Shown: one piece after another, positions 52,310-64,000 of the stretch
Numbering within the stretch: the first letter of the stretch is position 1
Layout of the letters: each line of letters begins with the position of its first letter
Assembly: GCA_963714335.1 (NCBI GenBank)
Contig: CAVQNW010000002.1
Coordinates: 638,698-702,697 of the forward strand
Length of the DNA stretch: 64,000 nucleotides
Source: an uncultured Actinomycetota bacterium
GTDB taxonomy: Bacteria; Actinomycetota; Thermoleophilia; Solirubrobacterales; Solirubrobacteraceae
Direction of reading: 5' to 3'
Made by a program: the position numbers and the translations under genes
Notes under the pieces: generated by a model
Seen by the model: the letters and a program-made list of their open reading frames with translations, nothing else
Database searches by the model: none
Told to the model about the DNA's origin: nothing

Positions 52310-54736
52310 TTGACGAACGAAGACGGCGCTGAGCGCCCCAATACCGCGCAGAGTTACGACGCCGAGAACATCCAGGTGCTCGAAGGGCTGGAGGCCGTAC
52401 GCAAGCGCCCTGGCATGTACATCGGTTCGACCGGTGAGCGCGGCCTGCATCACCTCGTCTACGAGGTTGTTGACAACTCTGTTGATGAGGCACTCGCCGG
52501 GCGTAACGACACCGTCGAGGTGACGATCCATCCTGACAACTCCATCACCGTCGTCGACCGCGGCGCTGGCATCCCCGTTGCGACGATGGAGAAAGAGGGC
52601 AAATCAGCTCTCGAGGTTGTGCTGACCGTGCTGCACGCCGGCGGGAAGTTCGGCGAGGGTGGCGGCTACAAGGTCTCCGGTGGCCTGCACGGCGTCGGCG
52701 TCTCGGTCGTCAACGCCCTGTCCGAGCGGCTCGACGCGGAGGTGCGGCGCGACGGTTACGTCTGGACGCAGAGCTACGAGCGCGGCGTTCCCACCGGCCC
52801 GATCACCAGGGGCGAGCCGACCAGCGAGCACGGCACGACGATCACGTTCCTTCCCGACGCCGACATCTTCGAGTCGCTCGATTTCAACTTCAACACACTC
52901 GAGGAGCGTCTGCGCGAGACGGCCTTCCTGACCAGGGATCTGCGCATCTCGATCGTGGACGAACGTGGTGAGGGCGCCAGGGCCGCGTTCCACTACGAGG
53001 GCGGCATCACCGACTTCGTCGCCTACCTCAATGAGAACAAGGAGCCGATCCACAGCAAGGTCATCTCCTTCGAGGGAGAGTCCGACGAGGGCTCGGTCGA
53101 GGTGGCGATGCAGTGGAACGCCTCCTACCAGGAGTCGGTGTTCTCCTTTGCCAACAACATCAACACCCACGAGGGTGGCTCGCACCTGAGCGGCTTCCGC
53201 TCGGCACTCACCGGCGTCATCAACAAGTACGCGCGCGACATCGGAGAGCTCAAGGAGAAGGACGAGAACCTGAGCGGCGAGGACGTTCGCGAAGGCCTCA
53301 CCGCTGTCATCTCCGCAAAGCTCGCAGAGCCGCAGTTCGAGGGTCAGACCAAGACCAAGCTTGGCAACCCGGGCATGGCCGGCTTCGTGCAGTCGATCGT
53401 CAACGCCCGGCTGGCCGAGTGGCTCGAGGAGAACCCGCAGGACGCACGGCGTGTGATCCGCAAGGCCGTGTCCGCCGCGCAAGCACGCGCGGCGGCACGC
53501 AAGGCACGCGACCTCACACGCCGCAAGACCGTGCTCGGCAACTCGACCCTCCCGGGGAAGCTCTCGGACTGCTCGGTCAAGGATCCCTCGCTCGCGGAGA
53601 TCTTCATCGTCGAGGGCGACTCGGCCGGCGGTTCCGCCGTCGACGCGCGCGACCGCAATACGCAGGCGATCCTGCCACTTCGCGGCAAGATCCTCAACGT
53701 CGAGAAGAGCCGTATCGACAAGGTGCTCGGCAACACCGAGATCCAGGCGTTGATCACCGCGATCGGCACCGGCGTACGCGACGAGTTCGACATCGAGAAG
53801 GCGCGCTACCACAAGATCGTGCTGCTGACCGACGCGGACGTCGACGGTGCACACATCCGCACGCTCGCGCTGACCCTGCTGTTCCGAGAGATGCAGCCGC
53901 TGATCGAGGCCGGCTACGTGTACATCGCCAAGCCGCCTCTGTACCGGCTCACCCGCGGGCAGAAGCACCGCTACATCGAGCGTGACTCTGAGCTCGAGGA
54001 GATCCTGCTCGGCGACAAGTTCGAGAAGATCGAAGTGACCGATCACGATGGCAAGCAGTTCAAGCTCACCGAGGCGCGCTGGCAGCGTTTCACCCGCCTG
54101 CTCAAGCAGTACCAGGGCTGGGCTGCGGCACTGCGCACCGCACACGGTCACGGCGTCGTCTCGTTCATGCAGCAGGCTCGCCTGCTCGAGGCCGGTGTCA
54201 CCAGCGTCGATGCGCTGCGAACCCACCTGGCGGCGAACGCGACGCCGAACGGCCACGCATACACGACCGAACTGCTGTCCGAGGATCCGTTCGAGATCGT
54301 CGTCAAGACGATTGAGACCAAGACGGGCATGGCGACCACTCACCGCGTACGCCGCGCCGTCCTCGACGCCAACGAGTACAGCCGCCTTGCACGCGTGCAC
54401 GAGGATCTCGCGGGCCTGGTCGGCAGTCCGCCGTTCCACATCAAGCTCGGCGACAACGCCTTCGATGCCGTTTCGTTCGAGGAGTTGCGCGAGGGCGTGC
54501 TGGAGGTCGCTCAGAAGGGGGTCTCGTACTACCGCTTCAAGGGCCTCGGCGAGATGGACCCGGAGGAGCTCCGCGAGACGACGATGGATCCGGCCTCGCG
54601 CACGCTCGTGCAGGTGACCATGGAAGACGCGAGTGCCGCGGACCGCGTGTTCTCGATGCTGATGGGCGATCAGGTAGAGCCCCGCCGCCAGTTCATCGAG
54701 GAGAACGCCCGCCTCGTCAGCAATCTGGACGTATAG
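52310..54736 (+). CDS. gyrB: DNA gyrase subunit B (long form with TOPRIM insertion)
   Basis: [53 protein letters not shown]; TTG start with GGAGG SD. Confidence 0.97.
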   Translation: MTNEDGAERPNTAQSYDAENIQVLEGLEAVRKRPGMYIGSTGERGLHHLVYEVVDNSVDEALAGRNDTVEVTIHPDNSITVVDRGAGIPVATMEKEGKSALEVVLTVLHAGGKFGEGGGYKVSGGLHGVGVSVVNALSERLDAEVRRDGYVWTQSYERGVPTGPITRGEPTSEHGTTITFLPDADIFESLDFNFNTLEERLRETAFLTRDLRISIVDERGEGARAAFHYEGGITDFVAYLNENKEPIHSKVISFEGESDEGSVEVAMQWNASYQESVFSFANNINTHEGGSHLSGFRSALTGVINKYARDIGELKEKDENLSGEDVREGLTAVISAKLAEPQFEGQTKTKLGNPGMAGFVQSIVNARLAEWLEENPQDARRVIRKAVSAAQARAAARKARDLTRRKTVLGNSTLPGKLSDCSVKDPSLAEIFIVEGDSAGGSAVDARDRNTQAILPLRGKILNVEKSRIDKVLGNTEIQALITAIGTGVRDEFDIEKARYHKIVLLTDADVDGAHIRTLALTLLFREMQPLIEAGYVYIAKPPLYRLTRGQKHRYIERDSELEEILLGDKFEKIEVTDHDGKQFKLTEARWQRFTRLLKQYQGWAAALRTAHGHGVVSFMQQARLLEAGVTSVDALRTHLAANATPNGHAYTTELLSEDPFEIVVKTIETKTGMATTHRVRRAVLDANEYSRLARVHEDLAGLVGSPPFHIKLGDNAFDAVSFEELREGVLEVAQKGVSYYRFKGLGEMDPEELRETTMDPASRTLVQVTMEDASAADRVFSMLMGDQVEPRRQFIEENARLVSNLDV

Positions 54737-54750
54737 AAGGGGATTCTTAG

Positions 54751-57426
<2,676 letters not shown>

Positions 57427-57429
57427 CGA

Positions 57430-57699
57430 TCAGGCGGCGTAGCGCTGGGCCGACCGGGCCCGAGCCTTCGCTGCCTCGGTCTCCCGGTCCTTCGGAGGAG
57501 CCGTGGTTTCGAGGTCGGCCAGCAGGTGGCCCGAGATGTGGGCGATCTCGTGGACGGCGCGGTTGAACGCCTCCTCGTTGGCCTTCGAGGGCTTGGTGAA
57601 GCCGCTGATCTTGCGAACGTATTGGAGCGCTGCCGCCTCGACCTCGGCGCTGGTCGCCGGTGGTTCGAAGTTGTAGAGAGTGCGGATGTTTCTACACAT
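57430..57699 (-). CDS. DUF2277 domain-containing protein
   Basis: MCRNIRTLYNFEPPAT..EV.AAALQYVRKISG. Confidence 0.9.
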   Translation of the reverse strand: MCRNIRTLYNFEPPATSAEVEAAALQYVRKISGFTKPSKANEEAFNRAVHEIAHISGHLLADLETTAPPKDRETEAAKARARSAQRYAA

Positions 57700-57956
57700 G
57701 GTCGTTCAGCCTACACCGGTCTGGAGGGCTGGCTGGGCCGTGTCGTGTGTTGGGAAGCCTTCTTCGGGGACGAACCACTGAAGAGACCGTCGCGCTCGGA
57801 GACAGCGTGCAGAGTCCCCTCTTGAAGGCGCCCCAACCCACGCCCAAAGCTGGGTCCTTCGAAGCGACGCTGCAACGTCTCGCACCCCAAGCCCATGCCG
57901 CCGACGGTTCGGCGCTCGAGAAGGACCCGAAGAACGCTCGGAAGCAAGCGCGGAAC

Positions 57957-57995
57957 TTAAAGACGAAGGGCGCCGTCGACAAACGGCGCCCTTCG
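57957..57995 (-). terminator. Intrinsic terminator
   Basis: 13-bp perfect stem CGAAGGGCGCCGT/ACGGCGCCCTTCG, 6-nt loop, followed by TCTTTAA on the minus strand. Confidence 0.8.
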
Positions 57996-58178
57996 CCACT
58001 ACTTGGCTGGCATCGCTGATCTGGCACGTGTATGCCGAAGGGACCAATCCCGGCACCAGACCAGTGGTGTCACGGTGGGACTCCGCCAAGGGCGGTCAGC
58101 CATCCGACCTAGCGGCCGGACACCTCCAGGGTCCCGCAAGTACTGTCAGACAGGTGGACCACCTCCTTTCTCTGGTAG
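57957..58178 (-). ncRNA. Putative structured small RNA (or sORF mRNA) with an extended complement to the 16S 3' end
   Basis: TAAGGT -10-like box (58184-89), AGAAAGGAGGTGGTCCA (58155-71), multi-stem fold, terminator; 5' end inferred. Confidence 0.6.
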
Positions 58179-58301
58179 TCACTACCTTACAACCCTCGGC
58201 GGCAGACATCGTCACTAAGCACACGTTTGCACCCGCCAACTTGCGGAGGTTTTCTGAGCGCTCCGGCGGCCTGTGAGCGCCTCGGGCGGCCGCTCAGCGG
58301 C

Positions 58302-58892
58302 TCAGGCGGCGAGCGAGCCGGTCACGCTGCCCGACAGGTACTGCTTCCAGGTGGCCGGGATCGTGGGGCTGGCGACCTGGATGAAGATGTCCGGGTTCGG
58401 TGTCCGCGGCGGCCGCGCGAGGATCATGCCGGCCTGGCGCGGCAACGCGTCGCCCTTGCGGCGGTTGCAGGGCGCACAGGCGGCGACGATGTTGTCCCAG
58501 GTCGAGCCGCCCCCCTTCGAGCGGGGGACGACGTGGTCCACGGTGAGTTGCGTGCGTGAACCGCAGTACTGGCAGGTCCAGTCGTCGCGCGCGAACACGG
58601 CGCGGCGCGTGATCTTGCGCCGCTGGCTATCACGCGGCACCTTGACGTAGGTCACGAGCCGGATCACCGCGGGGCGCGTCAGCGTGGTGTTGACCGAGTG
58701 CAGTTCGCGCTCGGTCTGTTCGACGACCTCCGCCTTTTCCTTCAGGAGCAGAACCACGGCGCGGCGCACGGTGCACACGTTGATCGGTTCATACGTCGCA
58801 TTGAGAACGAGCACCCGGCCACCGTCAGGTCCGCGTCGGTGGTGCTCAGCGAGCGACGCGGACCGTGGTGGGGCTGGTATTGGGGAGCCCAT
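58302..58892 (-). CDS. HNH endonuclease (Zn-binding McrA-like)
   Basis: VLVLNATYEP, VFARDDWTCQYCG, TVDHVVPRSKGG, WDNIVAACAPCNRRKG; start could be 58916. Confidence 0.92.
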   Translation of the reverse strand: MGSPIPAPPRSASLAEHHRRGPDGGRVLVLNATYEPINVCTVRRAVVLLLKEKAEVVEQTERELHSVNTTLTRPAVIRLVTYVKVPRDSQRRKITRRAVFARDDWTCQYCGSRTQLTVDHVVPRSKGGGSTWDNIVAACAPCNRRKGDALPRQAGMILARPPRTPNPDIFIQVASPTIPATWKQYLSGSVTGSLAA

Positions 58893-59027
58893 CGCGCCGA
58901 TAAGTCTACTGGGCATACGGACAACTGCCCGTCAATGCGAGCTAAAGATGCAGCCAAAAACGGTGCATCGCGGACGCCCAGTGGGGACGGCGTCTTTCGC
59001 GTCGCTGCGGGAATTCCATTGCGTGTG

Positions 59028-59055
59028 TAAAGGATCGCCGGCCTTGAGCCGATGA
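59028..59055 (+). promoter_or_regulatory. Putative sigma-28 (FliA/WhiG-type) promoter
   Basis: TAAA-N16-GCCGATGA, about 50 bp upstream of the GGDEF-EAL start. Confidence 0.6.
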
Positions 59056-59106
59056 GGCGCCCGGGACCGGACCGCACAAGGAGTGCAGGGAAGGAGAGTG
59101 CCCTCG

Positions 59107-60978
59107 ATGGATGAGAATCACCTCGAGGAGAAGCTGAAATACGGAAGTCAGCTGCGCGGATCCGACGTGCCAGCGCCGGACGTGGTCCGCATCGGCACGC
59201 GGCTCTACGAACGTCGCGGGGATGTGGTCAGCCGCAGCGACGCGCTGAACCGCACGGGAAAGGTCCAGCTCGACTCCGCGGCGCACACCAGCGTGGCCCG
59301 TGTGATCGAGGTCTCCACCGAGGCATTCGCCCGCTGGATGGCCGGCGAGGGCACCGAGACCGCACGCGAGGTCGGACAGGAGGCCGCCACGATCTTTGGC
59401 CAGCTCGCAATCCAGCGCGAGGCGCCGCTCAACGAGATCACCAAGCGCGCGCTGCGCTGGCGTGACGCCGCACGCGAGGTGCTCGATGAGATCGCCGACG
59501 AACTGCACGCCACCGTCGAAGCCCGCCGTGAGGCGCACCGCATGCTGCAGCGCTCCGCCGACGTGACCCTGGTGCGGCTCTGCGAGGCGTTCGAGGGCGA
59601 GCGCTCGCTGATCGACGATGAGCTCGCGCGTCGCCAGCAGGAGCTCGTGTTCATGGCCACCCATGACGCGCTCACCGGACTTCCAAACCGCACGCTGATC
59701 CTCGATCGCGCCGAGCAACTGATCGCGCGCGCTCGCCGCGACCGCCAGCTGTGCGCCGCTCTGTTCGTCGACCTCGACGGGTTCAAGGCAGTCAACGACG
59801 GCCTCGGCCACCGTGCCGGCGACGAGCTGCTGCGCTCGGTCGCAGCACGGCTCGAGAGCACGATCCGTGAAGCCGACACGCTGGGGCGGCTCGGTGGCGA
59901 CGAGTTTGTGATCCTCGCCGACGGCATCGCGCTCGCCGCCGGCCCGGAGCTGGTGGCTGAACGCATCCTCGACGCGCTCAAGGAACCGTTCGAGATCGAC
60001 GGCTCGCACACCGGACATCTGGCGATCACCGCGAGCATCGGTGTGGCACTCGCCGACGAGCACACGGCCGCCGATCTGCTGCGCGACGCTGACGTCGCGA
60101 TGTATCGCGCCAAGCTGGCAGGCAAGAACCGCTACATCGTTTACGAGACCGGCATGCAGGATGCGGCCCACGCCCGGATGGAGATGGAGATGGATCTGCG
60201 CGAGGCGGTGGCCGAGCAGCAGTTCTACCTCGTCTACCAGCCGATGTTCGACCTCGACGGGCTCGCGCCGATCAGGATGGAGGCGCTGCTGCGCTGGGAC
60301 CGACCAGGCTCTCGGCCGGCCGGTCCGGACCAGTTCGTGCCGCTGCTCGAGGAGTCGGGGCTGATCGCGGAGGTTGGGCGCTGGGTGCTGAAGGAGGCCT
60401 GCACATGCTGCGCCAACTGGGCGCGCGACGGGCTTGACATCGGCGTGGCCGTCAACGTCTCAGCGGTCCAGCTCGAGCGCGACTCGTTCGTCGAGGACGT
60501 GGCCGACGCGCTGGACGAGAGCGGAGTCGACCCGACCTCGCTGACGATCGAGATAACCGAAACCGCGCTGATGCGGGACGCCGAGAAAACCGCTGAGCGG
60601 CTGCGCACGATCAAACAGCTCGGAGTGCGGGTCTCGATTGACGACTTCGGCACCGGGTATTCCTCGCTCGCGTACCTGCAGCGCTTCCCCGTGGACGAAC
60701 TGAAGATCGATCGATCGTTCGTTTCGCAGATCGAGAGCTCCGCCCAGCGCGATGCGCTGATCCGCACGTTCGTACAGCTCGGGCGCTCCCTGAAGATCGA
60801 GACGATCGCGGAGGGCATCGAGGATGAGGCACAGCTGATGCGGCTCCAGGCCGAGCGCTGTGACATCGGTCAGGGCTTTCTGTTCGCCCGGCCGATGGCG
60901 GCTGAGCGGTGCCGCGAGTTCGTCGAGAGCTGGGCCGCTACGCCGCCGGGAACGAGCCGAGCGTCCGCAGGACATTGA
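59107..60978 (+). CDS. Diguanylate cyclase/phosphodiesterase (GGDEF-EAL) with helical N-terminal domain
   Basis: HDALTGLPNR, DLDGFK, RLGGDEF, YQP, EALLRW, EITE, DDFGTGYSSL, LKIDRSFV, QGFLF. Confidence 0.95.
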   Translation: MDENHLEEKLKYGSQLRGSDVPAPDVVRIGTRLYERRGDVVSRSDALNRTGKVQLDSAAHTSVARVIEVSTEAFARWMAGEGTETAREVGQEAATIFGQLAIQREAPLNEITKRALRWRDAAREVLDEIADELHATVEARREAHRMLQRSADVTLVRLCEAFEGERSLIDDELARRQQELVFMATHDALTGLPNRTLILDRAEQLIARARRDRQLCAALFVDLDGFKAVNDGLGHRAGDELLRSVAARLESTIREADTLGRLGGDEFVILADGIALAAGPELVAERILDALKEPFEIDGSHTGHLAITASIGVALADEHTAADLLRDADVAMYRAKLAGKNRYIVYETGMQDAAHARMEMEMDLREAVAEQQFYLVYQPMFDLDGLAPIRMEALLRWDRPGSRPAGPDQFVPLLEESGLIAEVGRWVLKEACTCCANWARDGLDIGVAVNVSAVQLERDSFVEDVADALDESGVDPTSLTIEITETALMRDAEKTAERLRTIKQLGVRVSIDDFGTGYSSLAYLQRFPVDELKIDRSFVSQIESSAQRDALIRTFVQLGRSLKIETIAEGIEDEAQLMRLQAERCDIGQGFLFARPMAAERCREFVESWAATPPGTSRASAGH

Positions 60979-61795
60979 CACGGCCGCGCAGCCCGGCGAG
61001 CGCGTCGAGCACCTGAGCGTCGCTGTCCCGACCGTCGAGGTCGGCAAAGAACATGTACTGGCCGAGCCCGGCGCGCAGCGGACGCGACTCGATGCGGGTG
61101 AGGTTGACGCCGCGGAACGCGAGCTCCGAGAGGCAGCTGACCAGCCAGCCCGGCGACTCGGTGCCGGCCCCCCAGAAGACGATCGCCGTCTTCCACGCGG
61201 CGCCGGCTGCCGGCGTTGTACCCGGAACGCCTGGCTCGGCGCCGTCGCGTGCCAGCCAGGCAAAGCGCGTCTGATTGCCGGTCACGTCCTCGATCCCGGC
61301 CTCCAGTACGACGCAGTCGTAGAGCTCCGCAGCGAGCCGCGTCCCGATCGCCGCCCAGCGGTGGCGGATCCGTTCGGTGACGAGCCGCACCGCCTCTGCG
61401 GTCGAACTCGAGGTCATCACCCGCGCCTCGGGCAGCCTCGCGCGAATGAACTCGCGGCACTGGGCGGTGGCCTGCGGGTGGGAGATCACCACCTCGATCT
61501 CGTCGAACGGAAGTCGCTCCTGCGCGATCAGGCACTGCTCGACGCCGAGCACTGTCTCACCGATGATGCGGACATCCTCGGCCTCGAAGACCAGCGCATC
61601 GAGTGTCACGTTGACCGATCCCTCGAGCGAGTTCTCGATCGGAACGACACCACGCGCGATGGTGCCGTCATGCACCGCCAGCACCGTGTCATGAATTGTC
61701 TCCTGGGGCACCAGCTCGACATCCTGACCGAGCGGGGCGCTCAACGCTGCAGCCTGGGTGAAGGTCCCTTCGGGGCCCAGATAGCCGACGCGCAT
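60938..61795 (-). CDS. pheA: Prephenate dehydratase
   Basis: YLGPEGTFT, PIENSLEGSV, SHPQA, NQTRF, ACT domain NLTRIESRP. Confidence 0.95.
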   Translation of the reverse strand: MRVGYLGPEGTFTQAAALSAPLGQDVELVPQETIHDTVLAVHDGTIARGVVPIENSLEGSVNVTLDALVFEAEDVRIIGETVLGVEQCLIAQERLPFDEIEVVISHPQATAQCREFIRARLPEARVMTSSSTAEAVRLVTERIRHRWAAIGTRLAAELYDCVVLEAGIEDVTGNQTRFAWLARDGAEPGVPGTTPAAGAAWKTAIVFWGAGTESPGWLVSCLSELAFRGVNLTRIESRPLRAGLGQYMFFADLDGRDSDAQVLDALAGLRGRVNVLRTLGSFPAA

Positions 61796-61802
61796 AGGCT
61801 GC

Positions 61803-62339
61803 TCAGCCCGCCGCCGCGTCCTGCTGGTCGCCCGTGATGCCGGCGTCGGGCTGGAGCGCAAGCCGCACCGCCTCGCTCTCCTCGGGGGAGAGCTCGAGCT
61901 CCGCCTGGCCATTGCGGATCTGCTTCGCGTACAGCCGCGCGGTGTCGCGATGGTGGATTGAGGAGAGCACGACTCCGGATCGGGTCGCATCGAGCAGCGC
62001 GATCGACGTCGACTGTCTGCCGGACATCTCGCCGTAGGCGTCGTAGCGGACCAGCGCTCGGTGGGCGATGGTGCCGTCCAAGCGGTTCTCGGCGTGGTCC
62101 ATCCGCTGGTCAAGCCTGGTCCCGAAGTCCTCCACGTACTGCGCCAGCGACTCATACGAGGACTGCAGGTGCGCCGCGTGTGCCACGAGGTCGCGCGAGC
62201 TATCGCCGAGGACCGCGCGCTGCGCAGCCTTGAGCTTGCGCATCGCCACGGTCAGGCCGATCGACCAACCCACCGCGATCACGGCAACCGCGCCCGACAC
62301 GACCGCAACGATCCCCGCAGTGGTGTTGAGGTTGTCCAC
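61803..62339 (-). CDS. DUF4446 family protein
   Basis: N-terminal TM helix, coiled coil, VRYDAY.EMSGRQS.SIALLD...G, YAKQI, LSPEE. Confidence 0.82.
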   Translation of the reverse strand: MDNLNTTAGIVAVVSGAVAVIAVGWSIGLTVAMRKLKAAQRAVLGDSSRDLVAHAAHLQSSYESLAQYVEDFGTRLDQRMDHAENRLDGTIAHRALVRYDAYGEMSGRQSTSIALLDATRSGVVLSSIHHRDTARLYAKQIRNGQAELELSPEESEAVRLALQPDAGITGDQQDAAAG

Positions 62340-62371
62340 CTCCCCAATATAAGCCGAGGGGCCGCTTTCGG

Positions 62372-63514
62372 TCAGTTGAAGATCACGGAATAGGTGATGA
62401 CGTTGTTGGTGAGGTTGGTCTCACCCGGCACCTTGTCGACGCGGGCCGTGACCGAGTAGGTCCCCGGGGTCGGGGCAGAGGGCAGCGTCACGGTGCAATT
62501 TGCCGACTCCTGCTTGATCGTCTCCGGGATCGTCCCCGTCCCGGTGTCGCTGAGGCCGGCGATCGTCACCGAGCAGCCAACGTCGAGTTCGTTGAAATCG
62601 CCGCCGTTGGTCACGTTCAGGACCCACGTCCGGGCGTTGTTGGCAGGGATCGTGTTGGTGGACGTCGGGCTCAGCTGCGTACCGTCGACCGTGACGTAGT
62701 TGAGCGAGTGCCCGTGCAGGCCGGGCTGATCGTTGTTCTGGTTTGCCTGGGCGGTCGACTGCTGTGCGCCGATCGTGTCCGCGATCCAGCTCGACTGCAG
62801 CCAACCGAGGTCAGGGACGATCTGCCCGGGGTTGATCGGCTGCTCGCCGGCGGCGGAGCCGACCGTGATGCCGTCGGCGTTGAGCGCCTTGGCGATGTTG
62901 GTGGCGACAAAGCTCTTGTAGATCACATCGGAGCCGTACAGCTTGGACGTGCCGACGGAGATGTCGTAGACCGCGTCCTTGCTGGTTAGCTTGTTTGCGG
63001 CCTTAGGTGCGTTGAGCGCGATGTCCGCGATCGCCTGCGCGCGGAGTCGCATGACCGAGAGCAGCGCGCTCTGCGCGGCGGCCATCTGACTGGGCACGCT
63101 CAGGCGCTCGGCCTGGCTCAACTGACTGTCGGCGTTCTGAACCTGGGTCGTGAGCAGCGTGCTGGAGCTGAGAGGGCCGTTCGTCAGGTTCTGGAAGACC
63201 CTGCCGCCGTTGCTGTTCGAGGCGCTGATCAGGTTGTAGACGCTGGCGTTGTAGTTCTTCAGCGAGGTGGTGGTCGCGCTGCTGGAGCAGCTCTTGACCA
63301 ACACGGCGAGCAGGATCACGATCACGACGATGACGCCGACTGCAACGAGTCGGCGCGTCTGCACGTCCTGCGGATGTTGGCTGCCCGGCGGCCGTCCCGA
63401 TCCCCCCGGGGGTCGACCAGACCGCTGCTGTCGCGGGCGCGACACGCTACGTGGACGTCTGGTCTCCGGACGGGGAGTCGGTTCGGGTTCGTCGGTCTCG
63501 TCGAAGAACGACAA
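62372..63514 (-). CDS. Single-pass membrane protein with extracytoplasmic helical region and C-terminal CARDB/Ig-like domain
   Basis: Arg/Pro-rich N-terminus, one TM segment, C-terminal V.N.G...VPGETNLTNN; TTG start. Confidence 0.7.
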   Translation of the reverse strand: MSFFDETDEPEPTPRPETRRPRSVSRPRQQRSGRPPGGSGRPPGSQHPQDVQTRRLVAVGVIVVIVILLAVLVKSCSSSATTTSLKNYNASVYNLISASNSNGGRVFQNLTNGPLSSSTLLTTQVQNADSQLSQAERLSVPSQMAAAQSALLSVMRLRAQAIADIALNAPKAANKLTSKDAVYDISVGTSKLYGSDVIYKSFVATNIAKALNADGITVGSAAGEQPINPGQIVPDLGWLQSSWIADTIGAQQSTAQANQNNDQPGLHGHSLNYVTVDGTQLSPTSTNTIPANNARTWVLNVTNGGDFNELDVGCSVTIAGLSDTGTGTIPETIKQESANCTVTLPSAPTPGTYSVTARVDKVPGETNLTNNVITYSVIFN

Positions 63515-63667
63515 GTGGTTTTCCTGCTCCTTGCGGGATCTTTAAGTGGGCACCAGTAATAGCGGCTATCCCATCGGCTAGGCAACTTCGCAAGCGGCCA
63601 TGCAAGGCACTGCGATGTCGCGTCTTTCCGCAGGGACCTGCGCCGGCGCTCCGAACATCATTAACAC

Positions 63668-64000
63668 GTGAGAGCGAGCCAGCTACCCACTCGGCACCTC
63701 GGCGAGGAGCCGACGGTGGTCAACCCCTCCCGCGCCGGCACCAACCGGGAGTTCGGCGACGCTCCGACACGATCCCTGCAGACACGTCGCGGCGCCCCCG
63801 CGGCCGAACCGACCCTCGTGATGGACCGCTACCGCCTCACCAAGCGCCTGGGCAGCGGCGCGTTCGGCACGGTCTGGTCGGCCCGGGACGAGCGCCTCGA
63901 CCGCGACGTCGCCGTGAAGGTGCTCCCCCGCGAGCGCGTGATCCACGCTCGCTTCGAGCGCGAGGCGCGCGCGGCCGCGCGGCTGCAGCACCCCGCGATC
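63668..64000 (+). CDS. Hanks-type Ser/Thr protein kinase, N-terminal part; runs off the window edge
   Basis: Manual translation: DRYRLTKRLGSGAFGTVW..RDERLDRDVAVKVL...RFEREARAAARLQHPAI; start GTG 63668 or ATG 63821. Confidence 0.9.
   Translation, partial: MRASQLPTRHLGEEPTVVNPSRAGTNREFGDAPTRSLQTRRGAPAAEPTLVMDRYRLTKRLGSGAFGTVWSARDERLDRDVAVKVLPRERVIHARFEREARAAARLQHPAI

Noticed and set aside
57700-58300. tmRNA, RNase P RNA, SRP RNA or an rRNA fragment as the identity of the intergenic RNA
   Set aside because: No tRNA-like ends or tag ORF, no RNase P P4 motif and no SRP loop were seen; similarity to 16S is limited to the 17-nt tail
58896-58903. Second sigma-28 -10 element GCCGATAA
   Set aside because: No matching TAAA -35 element at the expected spacing

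Overview
High-GC actinobacterial chromosome segment spanning the replication origin; gene order and content suggest Thermoleophilia/Solirubrobacterales (inference). (1) 1-18.7 kb: accessory aromatic-catabolism island with a Liv-type ABC transporter, GntR and TetR regulators, extradiol dioxygenase, FAH hydrolase, cyclase, cupin, FAD monooxygenase, amidohydrolase, F420-type LLM enzyme and DHA2 exporter, plus two recurring operator motifs. (2) lutABC, an MhuD-like protein and a choice-of-anchor A surface protein. (3) The glgE-treS-mak-glgB-treZ-glgX-treY cluster with divergent malQ. (4) An IS481 element inserted at the 3' end of tRNA-Ile(GAT) with a 15-bp duplication. (5) The origin region: parB-parA-rsmG, jag-yidC-yidD-rnpA-rpmH, dnaA (frameshifted as assembled), oriC, dnaN-recF-dciA-gyrB-gyrA. 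(6) DUF2277, an HNH nuclease, a GGDEF-EAL protein, pheA, DUF4446 and a partial Ser/Thr kinase. The top candidates for novelty are an unannotated ~220-nt structured RNA downstream of the HNH gene, whose 5' end is a 17-nt complement of the 16S rRNA 3' end, and a stand-alone single-motif LAGLIDADG protein heading the rsmG-parA-parB operon behind a promoter flanked by split parS-like half-sites. All calls come from reading sequence motifs by eye; no database searches or folding programs were run.
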